From: an uncultured virus (IMG/VR IMGVR_UViG_3300004097_000004)
Taxonomy: Duplodnaviria > Heunggongvirae > Uroviricota > Caudoviricetes > Schitoviridae
DNA: 20,000 bases
Direction: 5' to 3' (one strand)
Virus record (IMG/VR): IMGVR_UViG_3300004097_000004
Shown: positions 16,681-20,000 of the stretch, piece after piece
Layout: every line of letters begins with the position of its first letter
Numbering within the stretch: the stretch's first letter is position 1
Position numbers and translations under genes: made by a program
Notes under the pieces: generated by a model
What the model saw: only the letters and a program-made list of their open reading frames with translations
Databases searched by the model: none
What the model was told of the DNA's origin: nothing

Positions 16681-17294
16681 TAAGCAAATCCTCTACGTGT
16701 AAATCGGTCATTGATGAACATATCCTCTACATCAATACCCTGATTATTGAGTGTGACAATCTCATCTTGATACTTACGCTCATATGAGACACCCTCATTC
16801 AAGTCACCATCTAACTGATTAACAGCACCTGCGAATAGGCGGGCAGCTACAAAGTACAGCAGTGCATTGACGTAAGACGAGGGTAAATTCACTTCAGTAT
16901 CTAATGATATATCCAACTCTGTTAGTGTTCTATGACTGGCTTTGTACTCTACACGTATGTCATCTGCGATACCTAAAACAATATTAATCTGAAATGAGTT
17001 AGTACCCAATAACTTGTACTCGCACTCATGCAGCTTCTTACCATTCACATAGATATATAACACTTCAACGAAGTCATCATTCTCTATTGTGTAGGTAAAC
17101 TCCCCTGCCACTGTGTCTAAAGACACGTAGGATCTGCGTATTAAAAACTTAGTATGTAGGTCTTCCAACCCACGGTTAATATTACGTAAGACTATAATGG
17201 CTTTTTCCTCTTTGATAGTCTTACGGTCTGCAGCTAGATTAAGGTTGCCCAGTTCGCCTGAAGCCAAGTATTCTAGCAATAGTGATAATTTCAT
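16680..17294 (-). CDS. Head-tail adaptor/neck protein, N4 gp67-like, about 204 aa
   Basis: LASGELGNL, INRGLEDLHTKF, LPSSYVNALLYFVAAR and C-terminal RFTRRGF motifs. I moved the start to ATG 17294 (AAGGA RBS, avoids overlap with terL). TAATG-coupled to the portal gene. Confidence 0.82.
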   Translation of the reverse strand: MKLSLLLEYLASGELGNLNLAADRKTIKEEKAIIVLRNINRGLEDLHTKFLIRRSYVSLDTVAGEFTYTIENDDFVEVLYIYVNGKKLHECEYKLLGTNSFQINIVLGIADDIRVEYKASHRTLTELDISLDTEVNLPSSYVNALLYFVAARLFAGAVNQLDGDLNEGVSYERKYQDEIVTLNNQGIDVEDMFINDRFTRRGFA

Positions 17295-17305
17295 TTTCGT
17301 ATTCC

Positions 17306-18907
17306 TTATACGATGTAACTGCTTAGAGAAGAAGAAGAGCTTTCGTGTTCTATGCCCCATATGTTATCACCCTTGTTTTGCCATAGCGTCTGTTCACTAG
17401 GTAACCATATTTGCATGAGTGCAAGCATTGATATTGTATCCAAGGCATCATCATGTTTACTCTTAAAACCGCCAATAGAGGCCTGACTGATCTCAAGTAG
17501 CATTTCCTTGACCGCAATTGAGAATTTCTTTTCAACAGGGAAAAAGAATCTATTTAACTTAAAATCTGGCACCACAACGTTAAATCTTTCTAACTTAGTA
17601 CCAGTAGGTCGTACACCTGCTTTACTATCATTACTACTTGAAGCCAATAAGAAGAATATATTTCTACTCATCATCTCACGCTCAATCCAAGGAATAAAAC
17701 CTCCTTGCTGCCCTGATACTTCCACACCTACTGACAGTGGATTGTACTTATTAGCAAACATGAACAGGTCATCAATATTTCTATCCATTGTCTGCCGCTT
17801 ACAGATACCATCAACCCAGTAATAGCTACCTTTATTATTAACAGCCCAAACACTTATGAAACTAAAATCCGCAGACTCTTTCTCACTGGTTGCAAAATCC
17901 GTAGTGATGTAGAAGTTGAAGTTACTCTTGTTCTCCATGAGGTGCGATAGTGTAAACCATCTGAGATCAGAGTCTAGCACCAACCTATCCTCATCAGACA
18001 TAATCTGTAACATCAGCTCTTGATAGAAACCATTGACCATACCCTGAGCCAGTGACTCTTCATACATGGCTTCAACGTAATCATAATCAAAGCGGTCTTC
18101 CCAAGCACCTTTAAACTCTTCTCTACTACAAGGGAATTTCTCGCATATAGGGTAAACACTTACATCCCATGCACCAGACTCCATTGCTTCATACAAAGGA
18201 TCATTAGCATTAAACGGAGTACCAAGCCATACACACTTAGAACGTTTAGGATGCAATGCATACTTAATGGCCTGACCAACTGTATCTTTAATTGCCTGAA
18301 TAACAGTAGGTGAGCGAGAGTCATCGTTTGAAACCAAATCATCTAGTATCGCCATTTGGGGTCGTGTACCCATTTCTTTAACACCACGAATACCTGTCTT
18401 GGCACCATAACCTTTAACAACAAACTTAGTACCATTGATGTTCTTAAACTCCCAACGGATATCAGTAAGTTTCAGTCCAGACTTAGGTAGATATTTCTGT
18501 AAAAATTCACTACTCTCCCAACGTGACTCCAAGTTCTTACGCATTGACTTAACACCGTTGTCAATACTATCTGACACATACAGCACTAGCTTCACCCGCC
18601 CAAAAGCAGGTAATCGCCCATACACTGCCAAGTATAAAATCATATACTCAGCCATCAATGTAGTCTTACCGGCACCACGGAAAATCATATTAGCTACGTT
18701 ACGTAGACCACCATCCAACTTATCCAACATCTTCAAGTGAATAACAGGTGATACGTTTTCCTCACCTTCACCACCATTAACCAACTTAATAAAAGTAAGA
18801 AACTCCAAGGCAAACTCACTTGGCATATAATCAGGGTCATCAGAGTAATTAACCTCCTTTAACCATTCACCAATCTCTTTTCTCTGAAAACGACTACCAT
18901 TACTCAT
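17306..18907 (-). CDS. terL: Terminase large subunit, N4 gp68-like, 533 aa
   Basis: Walker A FRGAGKTT, Walker B ILDD, coupling motif GTP, and nuclease motifs TTDFA and KHDDALD. Confidence 0.96.
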   Translation of the reverse strand: MSNGSRFQRKEIGEWLKEVNYSDDPDYMPSEFALEFLTFIKLVNGGEGEENVSPVIHLKMLDKLDGGLRNVANMIFRGAGKTTLMAEYMILYLAVYGRLPAFGRVKLVLYVSDSIDNGVKSMRKNLESRWESSEFLQKYLPKSGLKLTDIRWEFKNINGTKFVVKGYGAKTGIRGVKEMGTRPQMAILDDLVSNDDSRSPTVIQAIKDTVGQAIKYALHPKRSKCVWLGTPFNANDPLYEAMESGAWDVSVYPICEKFPCSREEFKGAWEDRFDYDYVEAMYEESLAQGMVNGFYQELMLQIMSDEDRLVLDSDLRWFTLSHLMENKSNFNFYITTDFATSEKESADFSFISVWAVNNKGSYYWVDGICKRQTMDRNIDDLFMFANKYNPLSVGVEVSGQQGGFIPWIEREMMSRNIFFLLASSSNDSKAGVRPTGTKLERFNVVVPDFKLNRFFFPVEKKFSIAVKEMLLEISQASIGGFKSKHDDALDTISMLALMQIWLPSEQTLWQNKGDNIWGIEHESSSSSLSSYIV

Positions 18908-19041
18908 TAGAATGCCCCTATTGCAAAGACTATGAACACAACCATAAGTACCAATGAGAATCTATCCAAACCAAGGAAAGGTAGTGCAATCTGTAGAACA
19001 ACCATTGCTGCAAGTATTACAATATACAATACACTATTCAT
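18907..19041 (-). CDS. Small membrane protein with two predicted transmembrane segments, 44 aa, not in the ORF track
   Basis: MNSVLYIVILAAMVVLQIALPFLGLDRFSLVLMVVFIVFAIGAF*. Strong RBS (AAAGGGGA), and its stop overlaps the terL start (TAATG). Confidence 0.72.
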   Translation of the reverse strand: MNSVLYIVILAAMVVLQIALPFLGLDRFSLVLMVVFIVFAIGAF

Positions 19042-19108
19042 CTAGTTCCCCTTTCGCCACACCGCCTACGGCTAAGTGGCTCATTATCCATAGCAGTACA
19101 GATAGCAT
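19034..19108 (-). CDS. Putative 24-aa hydrophobic peptide, not in the ORF track
   Basis: MLSVLLWIMSHLAVGGVAKGELDE*. An AGGT RBS precedes it. It begins 10 nt after the upstream stop and overlaps the 44-aa ORF start by 8 nt (ATGAATAG). Confidence 0.4.
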   Translation of the reverse strand: MLSVLLWIMSHLAVGGVAKGELDE

Positions 19109-19118
19109 TAGTACCTGA

Positions 19119-19814
19119 CTAATCTTCTTCATGGTCATATACCTTGCGTGTTACCACACGCTGTTCCGCTGCGCCTTTAGCAGTCATTAAACCACCTTGG
19201 ATCAGTCTAAGTTGTTGTGAAGCTAACTCTGCAGTTAGCGTTTTAAGATCAGCAATCTCATCATCTTGCTTAACACCAATATCCAATTCTACCTTGGTAA
19301 CTTCTGGTGGTTTAAGATGGGTCAACAGACTATTAGCTGCATCACTTCTTACTTTCTCACTCACAGCATTCACCATCAATTCTGCCTGAACATTAATGGC
19401 TTTCTGGTGTAAATGCTGATTAATAATCCATGACGGAACAATAGACTGCTCCATAATAAGATTGACCAACTTGGACTTGTTATACACCGTAATAATTGAG
19501 GACATCTCTTTATTAGTAAGCCCCCTATGCAACATACTCTTATACCTATCAGGAAAGGTAATAGAATAAGCAACAGTATTACTATTACCCATTAACTTCT
19601 GAGTAGTATATTTAACTGCATTCAAGTAGTCAGTTATCTTAAACCGTCCATCATTCAACACATTCAAGTAACTCAGGAAGTTCTCTCTATACGTATCCTG
19701 AACATCAGGGTCAGTCAAAGTATTATTGATAGTATCCAACAAATCTTGATTAAGACTTGCTTGAAACTTTGCAGGTAATGCTCTCTCTAGCACCTCAGTA
19801 CTAATTACACTCAT
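19119..19814 (-). CDS. N4 gp69-like protein, putative terminase small subunit, 231 aa
   Basis: Motifs YRENFLSY, GRFKITDYLNAVKY, YNKSKLVNLIMEQS and SEKVRSDAANSLLTHLKPPE of the gp69 family, located upstream of terL. Confidence 0.8.
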   Translation of the reverse strand: MSVISTEVLERALPAKFQASLNQDLLDTINNTLTDPDVQDTYRENFLSYLNVLNDGRFKITDYLNAVKYTTQKLMGNSNTVAYSITFPDRYKSMLHRGLTNKEMSSIITVYNKSKLVNLIMEQSIVPSWIINQHLHQKAINVQAELMVNAVSEKVRSDAANSLLTHLKPPEVTKVELDIGVKQDDEIADLKTLTAELASQQLRLIQGGLMTAKGAAEQRVVTRKVYDHEED

Positions 19815-20000
19815 AGCTAAGTCACTCTATTATATTAATTGCTATACATTAACTTAAAGCCATAACACTCACCAACTTTCTGTTAAATAGTCATAAATAA
19901 TATAGGGGAAATTATTGGCAACTTTTTCCATTTTTTAAATATTATGCGTGAGAGTAGGGGTTCATACTTCACAGCCAACTACGCCAAACATACCCCCCCC

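Noticed and set aside
19064..19072. GCC-GTA-GGC (minus strand) resembling the C-GNA-G triloop of N4 vRNAP hairpin promoters
   Set aside because: The perfect stem is only 3 bp, the adjacent A-rich spacer and start context are missing, and it lies in a late region.
586..19389. All plus-strand ORFs in the track (for example 586-888, 1933-2259, 7747-8304, 11734-12171, 14843-15235)
   Set aside because: They are antisense shadows of long minus-strand genes, with no recognisable motifs.
788..19573. Short minus-strand ORFs in alternative frames (788-982, 2807-3088, 6077-6340, 11720-11926, 15246-15476, 17350-17535, 18160-18342, 19376-19573)
   Set aside because: They are nested out of frame inside well-supported genes. 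I saw no lipobox or other sign of a real overlapping gene.
19829..19858. TATAAT upstream of the gp69-like gene as a sigma70 promoter
   Set aside because: The -35 match is poor, the start site would cut into the RBS, and the AT-rich context makes a chance match likely.
1..20000. CRISPR arrays, tRNAs, introns/inteins, homing endonucleases and stop-codon reassignment
   Set aside because: None seen. Terminase, portal and capsid genes are uninterrupted and of normal length. The apparent gene-free zone at 1-5400 is explained by one standard-code ORF running off the window edge.

Overview
The window is the late (virion morphogenesis and packaging) gene block of an N4-like podovirus (Schitoviridae). 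All real genes are on the minus strand. In transcription order (right to left) they are: putative small terminase (N4 gp69-like), two tiny hydrophobic ORFs missed by the ORF track, large terminase, head-tail adaptor (gp67-like), portal, gp58-like, acidic scaffold-like gp57, major capsid protein, gp55-, gp54- and gp53-like proteins, ejection proteins (gp52- and gp51-like), and a giant ORF absent from the ORF track because it runs off the left edge (5318 to <1, at least 1772 codons). I translated the giant ORF by hand. It is the virion RNA polymerase gene, and its unusually long, cysteine-free N-terminal region carries two tandem cell-wall hydrolase domains: a lytic transglycosylase (ES/GLLQ/AYNAG) and an M15-type Zn peptidase (HxxxxxxD...HIH). 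These are followed by low-complexity linkers, a small unknown domain and an apparently inactive zincin-like domain. Three intrinsic terminator-type hairpins divide the block. N4 and DEV gene equivalences come from synteny and remembered motifs, not from database searches.
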